From the NCBI GenBank assembly GCA_977030845.1, contig OZ365109.1, positions 17,980,001 through 18,044,000 on the forward strand: a stretch of 64,000 nucleotides of DNA, read 5' to 3'. This document shows, one piece after another, positions 1 to 19,893 of the stretch; within the stretch, counting starts at the first letter, position 1; each line of letters opens with the position of its first letter. The notes under the pieces were generated by a model, which ran no database searches, was not told the DNA's origin, and saw only the letters and a list, made by a program, of their open reading frames with translations. Made by a program: the position numbers and the translations under genes. This DNA is from Fimbriosthenelais zetlandica. Lineage: Eukaryota.

Positions 1-422
1 CGAGACTTTCTGGATAAATTTCTGGGCGATATGTAGAATGATTTCTAAATATTCTCGAGGTGTTTTATAGGTGCATAAATAATGTGGAACCTCACACCTT
101 GGTCACCTGAGAGCGACTCCATATCCACCGACCCTGAAACTTTGAGAGTTTGTCAATTAGGCCTCTAGAGCTGATTTAAGTAAAATGGCTAGATAGTTCC
201 CTGTCCAGATCGTCTTTTTTCCAGATAGTCCCTGAATTTCTATGACTAGAGTACGGTACCTACGACAGTGATACAAGTTTATTCCAGATTATAAGTCAAC
301 TGGGAGTCATAAAAAAATAGCCCACTTCATCTTGATGGTCCTAGTTCAATTCAACCTTTTCCCAGTGTCACAGTGATATCAGGCCCAAAATAAAGCTAAA
401 CAGGTTAACAGTCAGAGTTAGG

Positions 423-476
423 CTAGCCAGTTCGTGCCTGACTCTGCACAACATGGGTCAGGCACGAACTGACTAG
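423..476. repeat. Short inverted repeat (20-bp stem, 14-nt loop) in MBD2/3 intron 1
   Basis: CAGTTCGTGCCTGAC (428-442) is the exact reverse complement of GTCAGGCACGAACTG (457-471); the stem extends through CTAGC/ACTAG with one mismatch. Confidence 0.85.
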
Positions 477-1019
477 AGTTACGGTAGGCCTAGCATGTCC
501 ATCTCGACCAAGGCATGGAACAGAATCTACAGGGATGGGACAGATTCTAGGCCTACGGCTACACTACAGTAGCCAGTATAACCAGCCCTGTCCCTATACC
601 AAGGATACTCTATTTACAATGCCTATACCTTGGTAGAGATGGATACTCTGTCTAGGCGTACAGTAGCCTGCATAGCTGCCCCCACTCATAGTCATAGCGA
701 CCCGAGGCGAATATTTTGTCTAGGGCTAGGCCTACAGTGACTGTTACAGTTCCAGCACATTACACCAAGAGAACTTGTATTATCGCCCATACGATATGTC
801 GAGGAACACACAACAAACTTTAAAGCAAAGCAAAACATTTCGCAAATACACGTAAATACAGAATTGCTCAGTGAGATATTAGGTACAGCAAGAAAAACCA
901 GTTTAATGGAAAAATATATTTAAAGCAAAACTCTTCGATCCACGCGAGGCAGGTGTGTTGTACCATAGTCGGAGACTGATGTGAAGGCGAAGCCTTCCGC
1001 CCTTTGTTTTTCAACCAAC

Positions 1020-1141
1020 CTGAAGTAATACACGTCAGTTTTCCCGGCAGAGAGGCCGGTTTTCCGGACGATTTCCTCCCTCTTCCATCCTGGTGGTAGA
1101 GCTGGGATATCCATTGTTATTCGCCGACGTTCATAGCTCAT
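1020..1141 (-). CDS. MBD2/3: Methyl-CpG-binding domain protein 2/3, first coding exon (rest of gene lies left of the window)
   Basis: Encodes MSYERRRITMDIPALPPGWKREEIVRKTGLSAGKTDVYYF, the MBD2/MBD3 N-terminal pattern (ALPxGWxREE..R..GLSAG..DV.Y). Phase-2 donor AG|GTTGG at 1020/1019. No following SPxGKKFRSK exon was found in 1-1019. Confidence 0.9.
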
Positions 1142-1222
1142 TATGACCTAATTTCGCCGTTTAATCAGCAGCTAAATCACTCTCTTTCGCGAAATCGTGA
1201 AAGATGCTAAACGCATCAGGCG

Positions 1223-1256
1223 ACCGGAAGCGGAAGTGCTTTCGATCGCGCCATCT
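1223..1256. promoter_or_regulatory. Probable MBD2/3 promoter: tandem ETS/GABP sites and a YY1-like site
   Basis: ACCGGAAGCGGAAGTG at 1223-1238 and CGCCATCT at 1249-1256, in a CpG-rich patch 80-115 nt upstream of the ATG. Confidence 0.55.
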
Positions 1257-2200
1257 AGGAGGAAAGGCGCAAAGTAGGCCCTATGGAAAGTCAAATGAAT
1301 CGTGAGGGAGAAAGTTATAATTTCTTTTTATTCTGAAAATCGCATTTTACCGTGCCTATACCAGTAGCAGATCTATTCTTATTCTTGTATGTATGGAGAG
1401 GCAATTTCTACTGTTGCGATTTTTTTTGCGGAAGATGACATTTTTTTTCTTTTCTTTGAAGTGGGTGCCTTTATTTTCTAATTTTATGACTGAGACTGAC
1501 GCTAGAATTCTTTTGTGGGGGTTCGAGGATTCGCCAGTATTGACAGTATAGAAAACAAAAATTCCAGTAAATCTAGGCCCTATTCCCGGCTCCTTAAATA
1601 TGTTTATATCATAGACCAGTCACCAGTCACCTATAGGCCTATAATTTCTTTTAATTAATCCCATTTCCCCTTTATGGGGAAAATGGGGTTGTAGATTTTG
1701 TGCTCGTTGTTCTACACTATTATTTTTTTTTTATTGTTATAGTTAGACAACTGATGAAAAACGGGTTTATATTAGAGCTAGGAATCTGTTTTTCACACAT
1801 ATTGTAGACCATAGTAAGAAGTGGTCACATGTGATGAATGGATGTCATACGTCATCACATGACGTCACATGACGTCACCAAACCAGCCAAATTGGTAAAA
1901 TTTGATTGTAATTTTTTTTTGACCCATGAGGATCTACAATAAGATGAATGGTATGTAGTGTAAAGATACATGATGGACTATAAGTTGACCTACATATTTG
2001 ACCTTTGATCTAATTATTTACCTGGAATTAGGTCAAGGGGATGAAATCACTTAAAATCGATCTCCTCCCTGGTTTTTATTCTGAGAAAAAAACACTTAGT
2101 AAATGAGTTACCCTTGGCTGTTATTTATAAGGTGGTCTTTTTTTTTTGTTTATTTTCATGACAAAACATGATGTAACAATGATGTAAAAAGTAATTAACC

Positions 2201-2490
2201 CAATATTTTCAGTTTATTCAATCCAGCAAGTTTATTCTTAAAGATAGAGCTTGGAATGAATTAGATAAATGAAAGTACATAAAAAGACCTGTTGATACCT
2301 ATATTGCATTATGTATTCCACTCATAAGTTGATTTGTTATGCATTTTTTAATATTTTCCATATTGGTCAATATTTTCATGCATTTTTCACTCTGGCAAGT
2401 TTATTTTTAAAGATAGAGCTTAGTATGAATTAGATAAAATGAAGTACAAAAATAGACCTTTGCATACATGTATTGCATTGTGCAGTCCAG
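2201..2490. repeat. Diverged tandem duplication, period about 167 bp
   Basis: CAATATTTTC...GCAAGTTT..TAAAGATAGAGCTT..ATGAATTAGATAAA..AAGTACA..AGACCT..TATTGCATT occurs starting at 2201 and again at 2368. Confidence 0.75.
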
Positions 2491-4900
2491 TAATTTTTTC
2501 TATTTATACATTTCAATACACAAAATTTAAGACAAAGGTCAAGGTCACTTGGAGCTAGGGGATCAAGGTAGCACCTGCAGCAGCCCCCCGCCCTCCACTG
2601 GCCACTTGGAGGGGGTCAGGATTATTGGAGAGAGACTTGCCTAAGTCTTTCTTTCATTAATCCTATTTTTTATTTGTAATGTTCAGTGAATAACTCTGCT
2701 GGTCAATCATAACAATGGCCTCTATTTAATGAGAAGAATGAAATGTTCAGCTTCTTTTTAATGAAAGCAATGACAAATCTCTAGTAATTGAAGCATTTGA
2801 GTCCACATGTAACAGTGAAACTAATATACCTCCTGGCACTGAGAAAATTAAATTAAGTATAAGATAGAGAATATCTGAATCTACAATTTGTAATACCTAT
2901 CCTGAGTTTACATGTGAGAGACGAGGCATAAAAAGTCCACACTCACCAATACTACCACTGTACTGACTACAAACCCAAAACAAACCTCTTATATAATAGG
3001 GGGGCAACGGGGGTTTCCCTTTTTTTTCATGTTAAACCAACCTCCAATGGTCTAGGGTGGTCTGGTATAATACTGAATGGAATTTTGATACTCACCTATC
3101 CTGAGTTTAGTTTTGTTCTCTCATATTTAAAAACATTAGCCTGAAATTGATTACTTTGACACAATAAGTGATTATCCAAAAGAATTATATATAGCCAAGG
3201 GGTTTGTGGTCAAGTCTAGGAGGAAACTCTCTTGTTGCCATGGCAGCAGGTCAGAATGGTGGGTGGGTGCAAGACTGGAGGATTAGAATAGAGGGCTAGG
3301 AGGCTGTGTTGTTATAGCAGTAAAGTACCAGTACTTTGCTTAGAGACAAGAGTCTAGACAGAAGTTTGAAAATGTTCACTTTACACATAGTGGAATAGGA
3401 ATTACAAAAAGATGGATTTAGGTGTGGAGTTGGTTTATGTGGGCCTAGAACAAAAGATTTTACTTTTTCTATGTTTGGAAAGTGAATTTTTGAAATATTT
3501 AAATTTCAAAGTTTATTTTAACAGAGTAACAGGCATTAGATAGATTTATATATTAAGTTTTTAAGTAAATATTAAGGTTTTAAGTATGTTTTTTGGTACT
3601 CATCTATGATTTTTAGTCTGCCTCTCAATACACATCTTTCTCTCACAGAGGGTCTTTGTTATGTACACAGGTTTTAGGCTGATTGTAATTGGCGACCTGG
3701 ACAGGAGGTAGATAATTGCCTTCAGTCTATTCCTATAAATTAATTCTATAATTATATTCTATATGAATCATCAGAATTCTTGGTAATGAAATTGAATACT
3801 TGATCTCTAAAGATAAACGCTGCCTGATTTAACGAGGTTAATCATTGAGGTGTGAGACTGTCTTGTAAAACTCTCCCGGGTACCGTATATCATGATGACA
3901 TTATAATGGCTAAGTGAATTTTTAAAGCTTAGTCTGGCAGGGGAAATGGGATTATTAATGATTACTGGTAACATTATGGCTAGTTTGAATTAGATCTATA
4001 GAGGTCTACTGTGTATTTCTATACAATATTATTAGTAGGTTTTCAAATCGACAGTATGTCTATGCATCTACTGGCGGGAGTAGGCCTACCACCTCGGGAT
4101 GCAGATTAAATTTTCGTATCGGGTGGAGTTTTTGTCTGAACCCTCTGCTCACATCAGCACCGGGGCACCGCACACTGACTGGTACATTAATATTCAGACA
4201 TAGATGTAAAAAAAAATTCAAGTGTCGCCGCCCCAAGCAACTAAGCCTAAGGGGCGGGATAGATGCTCCGTCGAGTACACTATTCAAACTTATCTAACTA
4301 ATAGGCAATCTAGTTTTAAAAATCTACCCAATAAATGAGCAGCCGCAATTTACATCTAATATTCTATAGGCCTACAGATCATTAATAGGCATTATTAGTA
4401 AGGGTTACTTAAGAAAATATAATCGGTCCATCGCATCTTTTGATTTTAAATAGCAAAGTTGGTTCTGCGACAACTTCCATACCGTTTATTGTTAAAATAA
4501 TGGATAAAACTCTTGCAGTTCCTTCTTTCTTTTATTCCCATGATACATCGGTCTCATTTCCATTTAAGTTCCACTATTGTTTGGGGCTTAGCACATATTG
4601 AAAAGCATTGAAAGAAATGCTAATATAGATGGAATACAGTCACTAAAGCGCTTTTAATATTATCACAAGCGCATTTGTGGTATGTAATTTCATTATGTCC
4701 GCTTTTGAGAAAAACAAACCATCCCTCTTTGTAAACTTTTTTTGTTGCGATCTTCCATTTCTATTTTTTTTTCTTTTTTTTAGTATTGCCAATTGATTCA
4801 AACGGTTATTACCAATGTAGGAGCTTACATTGAAAATAAATACATCCTTAGAGATAAGTGAATCATTGTCTACAGATTATTTCTAAAGGTCGGGCAATCC

Positions 4901-12202
<7,302 letters not shown>

Positions 12203-12269
12203 CTTGGATGTTTGAGTCTCTTTCCGACAACACTATCAGAGTGATGGTTGTCTCAATGGCGGACTCGTT

Positions 12270-12294
12270 GAAAGGACCGATGTATATCACGTGA
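12270..12294 (-). promoter_or_regulatory. Probable eEF2 TCT/5'TOP-type start site with adjacent E-box
   Basis: Minus strand reads TCACGTGA (12287-12294) ...GGTCCTTTCAAC; CCTTTC at 12270-12275 is about 70 nt before the ATG. eEF2 is an established TOP mRNA; the TSS position is inferred. Confidence 0.45.
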
Positions 12295-13824
12295 CTGGAG
12301 AGGTCGGGGCCCGTTGTGAAAACGAGGCTGGGGAGCAAGTGCGTGGTTGGATAGTCCCGCCCTCTGTTCTTGCGCAAGACCTGTTCCACGAAATGGGCTT
12401 TTTCGGGACTCTTTTCCTCTGTCGGTCTTACTCTACATTTTGGTGTTATTATAGGCCTAATAATGTGCGAAAAGAAACTTCTGTAATGCCCGATTTTATT
12501 TCATGATAGGCGTAGACATTAGATTATTTTTTCATGCTTTTACATTTTAGGCCCCATTAGGGGTCATTATTTATGGCCTAGTAGGGTGGGGGTAGTGGTT
12601 CGGGGAGGTGGGCGAAATTCGGGGGATCGAAGGTTGCGTATTCAAGGGGGCGATTTTTTTTATATTAAATGAACATAAATGTGTGTAGAAGGGTAGGGGG
12701 TGGGGGGGGGGGCATTCTGCTGCAACATATGGTTTTTTTTTCTTCAGATTATTCTTTTCGCTGAACCACGACCCCAACCCTGGCCATAAATAATGACCCC
12801 TCCGAAATTTCACTGTATGCCCTGCCGTACACTCCGCGCTTGCTCTGATCAGGCCATAATGCTGTTACTGCATTAGCTATAATATTAGAGGAAAAATTGC
12901 CAACAATAAGAATTACATGCGTAAAATTTATTGAAATAACAACAATTGTACGTTAATATTATACCGGTATCAGGATAAAAGTACCGTCTACAAAATCTAT
13001 GCCCCAGTAGTAGGCTATCGAAAAACTGAGAATTTATCAGCTAGTTAAAAAATTAGTTTTTATAGAAAAAACAAAAATGATTCAGTTCAGGACTACATAA
13101 ATTTGACAAAAAAAGTTATTCAAATGGCGAATGATTTAGGCCTAAATGTACTCGGCCAATATGCCATAACAGCCAATAACTTTCAGATAAAACGTGAATA
13201 CAGTTTGTTATTTTTTGTTTACGTATATATAAATAGAAATAGAAATACGCCTCATGTCAGGTTTCTCGATTCACGAATTGACTATTTTAACAAGTTTAAT
13301 AATAACAAATCTATTAATCAAAACAAAGGAAATGAGCAAGAATTTAAACTTTTTAATCTTTTCAGCAAATACAACAACTCAATTAAATAATCATATATTT
13401 TGGTACAGATCCAAATGCAAAGATTCCATTTCTGATGATGGATCAATAATATGAAATACGATTTTAAAAAGAAATTTAGGGACAGATGGATCAGTTACTG
13501 GATACATATAGAATATCCCATAGTGAAACGCTGAATTGAAAATCCGGAAGATATTTTAATACATGTATAGTATGTAAATTCTTGAAAGGTATTTCAAGAG
13601 GACAAGTTGTTAATCCTCAATAAAATAGACAAATTTAAATATAACAACCAGCTTCAGCATTTTACATAAAAATAGAAATGATCATGAATATGCAATTAAC
13701 AAAGGGGTTGAGAATAAACAAAAATGGTGAGCCTGAACTTGAACCAAGCAGCTGGTTGAACAGAACTCTCTATACTAAGCTCATCGTTATGATGCCTAGC
13801 AATTAAAACAATGTATAGATGATC

Positions 13825-14003
13825 CAGGGGAGGATCCAGGATTTTGGAATAGAGGCGGGGGGCGGTGGCGGGGCGGGATTAGAAGGGTACGATCAGTGAA
13901 ATGGGGAGGGGGGAGGAGTCATGTTGGGCCTTTTATTATTTTACAAAATATCCGAAAGGGGTGGGGGTCCTGACCCCCTGGACCCCCTCTAGATCCGCCC
14001 CTG
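13825..14003. mobile_element. Short GC-rich element with terminal inverted repeats (MITE-like)
   Basis: Left end CAGGGGAGGATC and right end GATCCGCCCCTG (reverse complement CAGGGGCGGATC, 1 mismatch); G/C-rich interior in AT-rich flanks; no coding capacity. Confidence 0.65.
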
Positions 14004-17000
14004 TCATCAACTATTATTAAAATAATTGATCATCCAATTCTTATGTACTTAAATGAATATATACATGTACTTCATCAAAAATAGAATAGCACAGGCTAAA
14101 ATAAGGAATTCCGATATGTCAATCAAGATGATACAAGGCGTAGGCTACATACAACATACATATAATTGAAACAAATCTTAACAAGTCTATGTATTTCATT
14201 CGTTTTTTAAGATGGTGGACAAAGCGGGCGGACTCATTAATTGATCAGTCAATTTATGCTATAGGTCCACTTATCATCGAGGCACTTCACATCGGTATCC
14301 TCCTCTTACGGTGTTAGGACTTTATAAAAGGAGTAAAAAGACAGTTATTTTAATTTATAAAAGGAACCGCATGCCCTGCTTAGACTTTACATCCCCTCAT
14401 AGATGTTAGATTACCCAAGCACAAACGTGTCTCCAATTAGGATACATACATTATTTTGGTCTGCATTGATAACCAGTGACCCGCACTTGTTTTTATAATT
14501 TATCTGTTTTGTCGCTTTTGAACATATAGTTGGTCTTTGGGTTTTTCGTTGCAGTATTTGACCACTACATAGCCTATGATAATAGTCAATACTTTGATGG
14601 TAGACCCCAAATAGATCACACTTGATCAGTACATGATAGCTGCCTTTGTCGATCTCACTTCAATAACATTACTAAACCTCTATGAGAACCTATGACTGAC
14701 CAAGGTCCAAATTCACATCTGGTCTTCCCTCAGTCTATGATTTTCAACTTCCACAGAGAAAATAACATTTGCTGTTAAAATTAAAATGTACATAGTTCAC
14801 CTAAATACATTATCACGACCTCATTGTTCACCTGTGAGTGATAATTATATTATCATGATTGGTCAAGTATGCCGATGTTCAGTACTGGAAACCTTTGGCT
14901 AATTGGAATGTTGTCAACCTCCAGGCCTTTCTCCTGACACTGTAAAACCATCATCTGTCTTGGGCAAACGGGAGTATAATTTAGACCATGATGATAACGT
15001 AGACTAGTATCTGTATTCTCACAAAAATGAGGATCCACCCATTTGACAAAAATATTTAAAGGAAAACAAAGACGACCGCACCCCTTTTGGTAAGATCTTT
15101 TAAACAGTTGTAATTCTAACACTGCAAAAATACATTTGATGCATTAACAGGTCTCAGAGATTCTACTCCCATGTACAACAGTTATTTGTGTTTTATAAAG
15201 AATCACATTACCTCTCATAAATAAAAGTTCCTCAAATACAAACATGGTCATGGAATAAGGTCCTGAGAGAGAATTTACCTGGCGAGATTAAATAAAGATG
15301 CTATCGGTTGACAATGTATGACAGCACTAGACCTCACTCATTATCGCCATTTAGCACCTGTGGCATTTGTAATATACATGACTTCAAAAGATGTTCCCAA
15401 CTCAAGATATGCAGTCTTTCATCCAACATGATCTCTACAAGACAAATATTTTGTTATTTTTCTCATCAACAATCTGCATTTAGCTGCCAACGAATGGATA
15501 GTATTTTTTCCTTTGGCTTCCATGGCGAGGCATACTTTGTCGCGGTTATCACAGTCGCTCACATAGGCCTTAACTTGTTGTCATCGCTTTTGTTGTTCAC
15601 TGGGGGTAATTTTAGTTACATGTGAAACATTTTTAGATTGTAATCTTCCCTGATGAACCAACCATCAGAAGAGGTAGAGTTGGTCATTTAATGTAATGAT
15701 GTTTTGTTTTTATATTCTTCTTTGATATTTGGCCAGTTATTATCGAGCGCATGTCCTCTTCTATCCATTTTTAACTCACCCAATACTGTACAACAATATG
15801 ATATTTCCATTCAACTTGCTCAGATAAATAAGTGACAATTTAATTGATCTGGAATGTTTGGTGTTCACCGCATCATGATTTTACTACGTATATAAGAACA
15901 GGGAAGAAATGCACCCCCTGTCCCATGCAACCAAGCGCTACTCTGTGAACGAACTGGACAATATCTTGTGCTCTAAATAAAAGATCGTAATAAAAGGACT
16001 ACAATCCTTCTTCCAAATTCATGAGCACTTGAGCTACATATAAATTAATTTCTCTCTTTCGTCTAAATCTGGCGACCTGCGCCCATAGTAGCTTTTGACG
16101 ACGATGGCATGCATAGGTGCGGGTTGGCTGGTTGTGTAAGGTAATGTGTTCAGAAGACAGTTTGTTTCTGGGCTTATGCCAGACCTAACAATCATAGCAT
16201 CCACCTGGTGTCTCATCCTGCTGTTGGAATATTATCACCATCCCTCTAGGAGACCTTTCTAGGACCTAGATTACCAACACGATTTTGACCAAGTTGTATG
16301 CCCGTTTTTAAAAAAGCAATTCACCTTAATAGGATCTTTTTTCTTAACCCATTTTTATACTTGGGCCAGTTATCTAAGCTGTACCTTTGGACACGAGCTA
16401 TTTAAACAAGTACACTTTTTCAGATCTTTCAGACTCCTTACTCTTAAATACTTGTGACTGATGAAATGGTGTCAGAGCGAGATAAACATCTCACGTATAA
16501 TCTATACACAATATTCCTACTCATATACAAAAGTCGCCCCTGTTTTCCTAGACATAAATGAAACACAGTAAAGAATATTTGACAAAAATAAGATTATATA
16601 CTCAACGAAGAGCCATACTTCAAATAGCCATTTCCTAACAAAAACCACACTGTTGCAACAACAAAATATGTTCAAGGAAATATAGAAGGAAGTATCGGGA
16701 ACCATTAAATTTATAGTGAAAACGACAGGGACATGATACAAGTTTCCCTTCTAACAGTACGGTTTTGCTTCATCAGAGTATAACATAGCCTTTCAACAAC
16801 AAAGTTAAAGATATTGGTGAGTAGATATTCATCATGTAAAGAGCTCTAAAATACAGCTCGAGTGGTATAATCTTTTCAATGCCCATATCTTTTATTTAAT
16901 TATACTAATCATACTGACTCATCAGGATCGACAACATAATGAATACGTTAATGTATGGGTAGGATATATTTTAAAACTACTTAAGCACATTTTTCAAAGA

Positions 17001-19893
17001 AGCTACCTGTGACTACATGTAACTATAGATAATTTGATTCAACTTTGACTACCCGCGCCTTTGTCTACATAATAGTTTTACCGAAAAAGGTCTTATTTCG
17101 ATTTGAAACCTTATCTACTAACATTAGACCCTAGGCACCGGTCGACGTTTAAGATGGACAAAGAAGTATCATAAACAGACTTTTCCTGGAACATTATTCA
17201 AAAAATATATAATTAAAACAATGCACAGATTAGCATGACTTGCAGACTTGCTACCAGTATTTAAGGGCATGCAGAGCGCAAGGAAATCAAAAGCCTTTGG
17301 TTTTCCATTCATAAACTGCATGTAACCTTGTTACCATTATTCCACTCACCAACACAGAATTCTCTATTATACTATAGTCCATTAGAAGTTAGAATGCATT
17401 TTGAGCAATATCCATCACGATGAATTTTACTTATCATCAATGGTTCTTACAACGGTGCACACCATTAGATAGCAGTCTAGTTTCGGATCTATCTCTGGGA
17501 AAAGAAGAAAAATAAAAAACTCCAGTACCTGGCTACGAAATCTGCTCCAGGCTCGCATATTATATCTACAACTGTTAACCGACTTACTGTCTCAGTAAAA
17601 TGCTTCTAATGGTATAAGAAGGCAATGGAGGTTTTACAAATTTGTTACAAAATGGCAACAAATAACTCGTATCAGGCAACCCATTCAAATGTTTAGTTAT
17701 GCATCTAGATTTGGAATGCAGAAGTGTTTCTGTTTCTTAGTTATTCATCGTAATTTTTGGATGCAGCTTCCACAAATATTTACAGCTCTCATCAAAGTTC
17801 TATTTAAAATATCAATCGACACCTTTGAGTCTATTCACAATAGTTTTTCCCCTCAGAAATCACAGCAAACTTTTTTTTTGACTTTCCAAACATCTCTTAC
17901 TCCTTTTCCCGACAGGAACGATGAATTGGAGTATTAATAGTCCCAACATACAGAACAAAATATGATAAATTCTAACCACTATGTAAAGAGAGTAGCTAGA
18001 GTACAAATTTCTAAAGCAGGTGGTCATAGTTGTTAGTTGTTGATTCGAATTCTCAGTACTTGCCGAACTTATCTCCCAATAGGGCAGTGGCTTGTTAATT
18101 TTCTCTATGTTTAAAATAGAAAAAAAAATAAAACATTTCAGATTGATCAGAGGGAGGGTTGTAAATACGGTTTATAAGCAAGTGCCAGATATTGCCGCAA
18201 ACTATTACCAATGATGCTTTCTTAATGACTATCTATACCACTTAACAAAAAGGTAAAAACTATCCTACAGAGACCAGAGAGGATTTCTTAAATGTTCCTA
18301 TAAATTCCGCCAATTTCAGTATGAATACAAATGCCACTGCAAACAACATAACACAATGACGTGGCATAAAAAACAATTTCTAACAGTTTTTCTTTGAGAG
18401 AAATACACAATGTAATATGCGAGGCTAGTAAAGGTAAATAAGGATTTAGATAAACCTCGATTATTATGGAAGAACACACAGTATGTTTGAAGATTAAACT
18501 TTTTGAGGGGTTGATTAGAATATTGATAGACTCGGCCCAATGGCTTATGTAAGAATGGGCGAGTAAGCAGCCTAGTTTCCACATAATAATTTGACGAGCT
18601 TCCCGACAGTGGAATGATGATGATGTGCTGCAGTGACTCAATACTGTGCGGCTCCTGCTGTGATCTTTAATCTACTCAGAAGTAAGCGAGTAGTGCTGCT
18701 AAAGTTGACTGTAAATATAGTTGACGAAACAGTTTAAGGTAGTAACTTCGGGGAATACGTAGATGGAAGATCCCACTGGGACTAACTGATGAACAGCAGC
18801 ATGTCATCATATTCATATTAATGTGACAACGTCACACAAACCCGTTATCCTGCGGTTTCTTTGTAGAACAATTAAAATATATATCCCTATCTTTTTACAG
18901 GCCATCCCGGATCTACCAATGGACCGGTGATCTACAGGGGCCGAGTGATTTCAGTTTTTTTTGTTTTCTCCACATACATGCAGATGTAAGCTCAGCAAGT
19001 TTGGCTATAACTGTTTGTGCTTGCTTGTTTGGTTGGTTGCCTTCTGCAGAGGTTTTACTGTAGTTTTATGTCATCTACAGTTACTGTAGTCATTATCATC
19101 TACAGACCCGTCCTTCCGCTGGCTATCACAGATGTTAGAGAGTGGTCGGTCTTGTCCGCTCCACTAAATTCAGTCAACACGGTTGATTACAATTTCTCAT
19201 CAGATACTTTTTAAAAGCGTTTTTCTTTCTCTAAAGCTTCCCAATTTTTCCAAGTCACTTTTTTGGAATTGGTAAAGGTGGCCTTTCATGACAGTCTTTT
19301 TTTTCCCTACAATATCTTCAAAACGTTGTATGTACAGCAGATGATGGACAATATGAGCACCATGATAGTTAACAAGTTCTCTGATGATGACATTCAGTCC
19401 TGTGTCATTTTTTCTCCAGATCATTCCTGATTTAAAGCACCTTTTGTTATATTCGACCTTCTGTCCCGCTTGCAATTAACTGACCTGCAGTTGTTGAGCC
19501 TTCAATCCTGAATAGACGGGCTTTTGTGATTTGAACAATTCATTTACAACTTCACATTAAGTATCTTTGTTAGTCCCTGAGCGCAATACTCCCAGTTAGT
19601 GGCACTGGTGTCTGTCTATGAACCAGTCCGTCCTCATTCTTCTCAAACAGTTATGTAAAAATTGGCCTGGCATGGGTAAAGACTAAGAAAAACATTTTTT
19701 TCACATATTGCACAGACATCGTGTTAACAATGAATAATATTTGGGCTGGTTTTTTCTCTCTCCCGAAGACTGTCATGGAAAGGTTAAATAGTTCTTCAGT
19801 GGCACCACCTTACCGATCCCCAAGTTAGAATAAACCGGTAGCACAGCACTGGGTGCAGATGACTGGAATGGAATGGGTGGTGGGGATAGGCCT

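Noticed and set aside
4055-4262. Telomerase RNA (pseudoknot-like stems, ACA, and CTAAGCCTAA at 4241-4250)
   Set aside because: The template would specify TTAGGC rather than the TTAGGG usual in such animals, it lies 3' of the stems on that strand, and there is no canonical H box.
13000-19800. Hidden gene in the stretch between eEF2 and FBXO33
   Set aside because: Short ORFs show no recognisable domains or consistent spliceable frame. Part may be a long FBXO33 3' UTR, which cannot be determined without RNA data.
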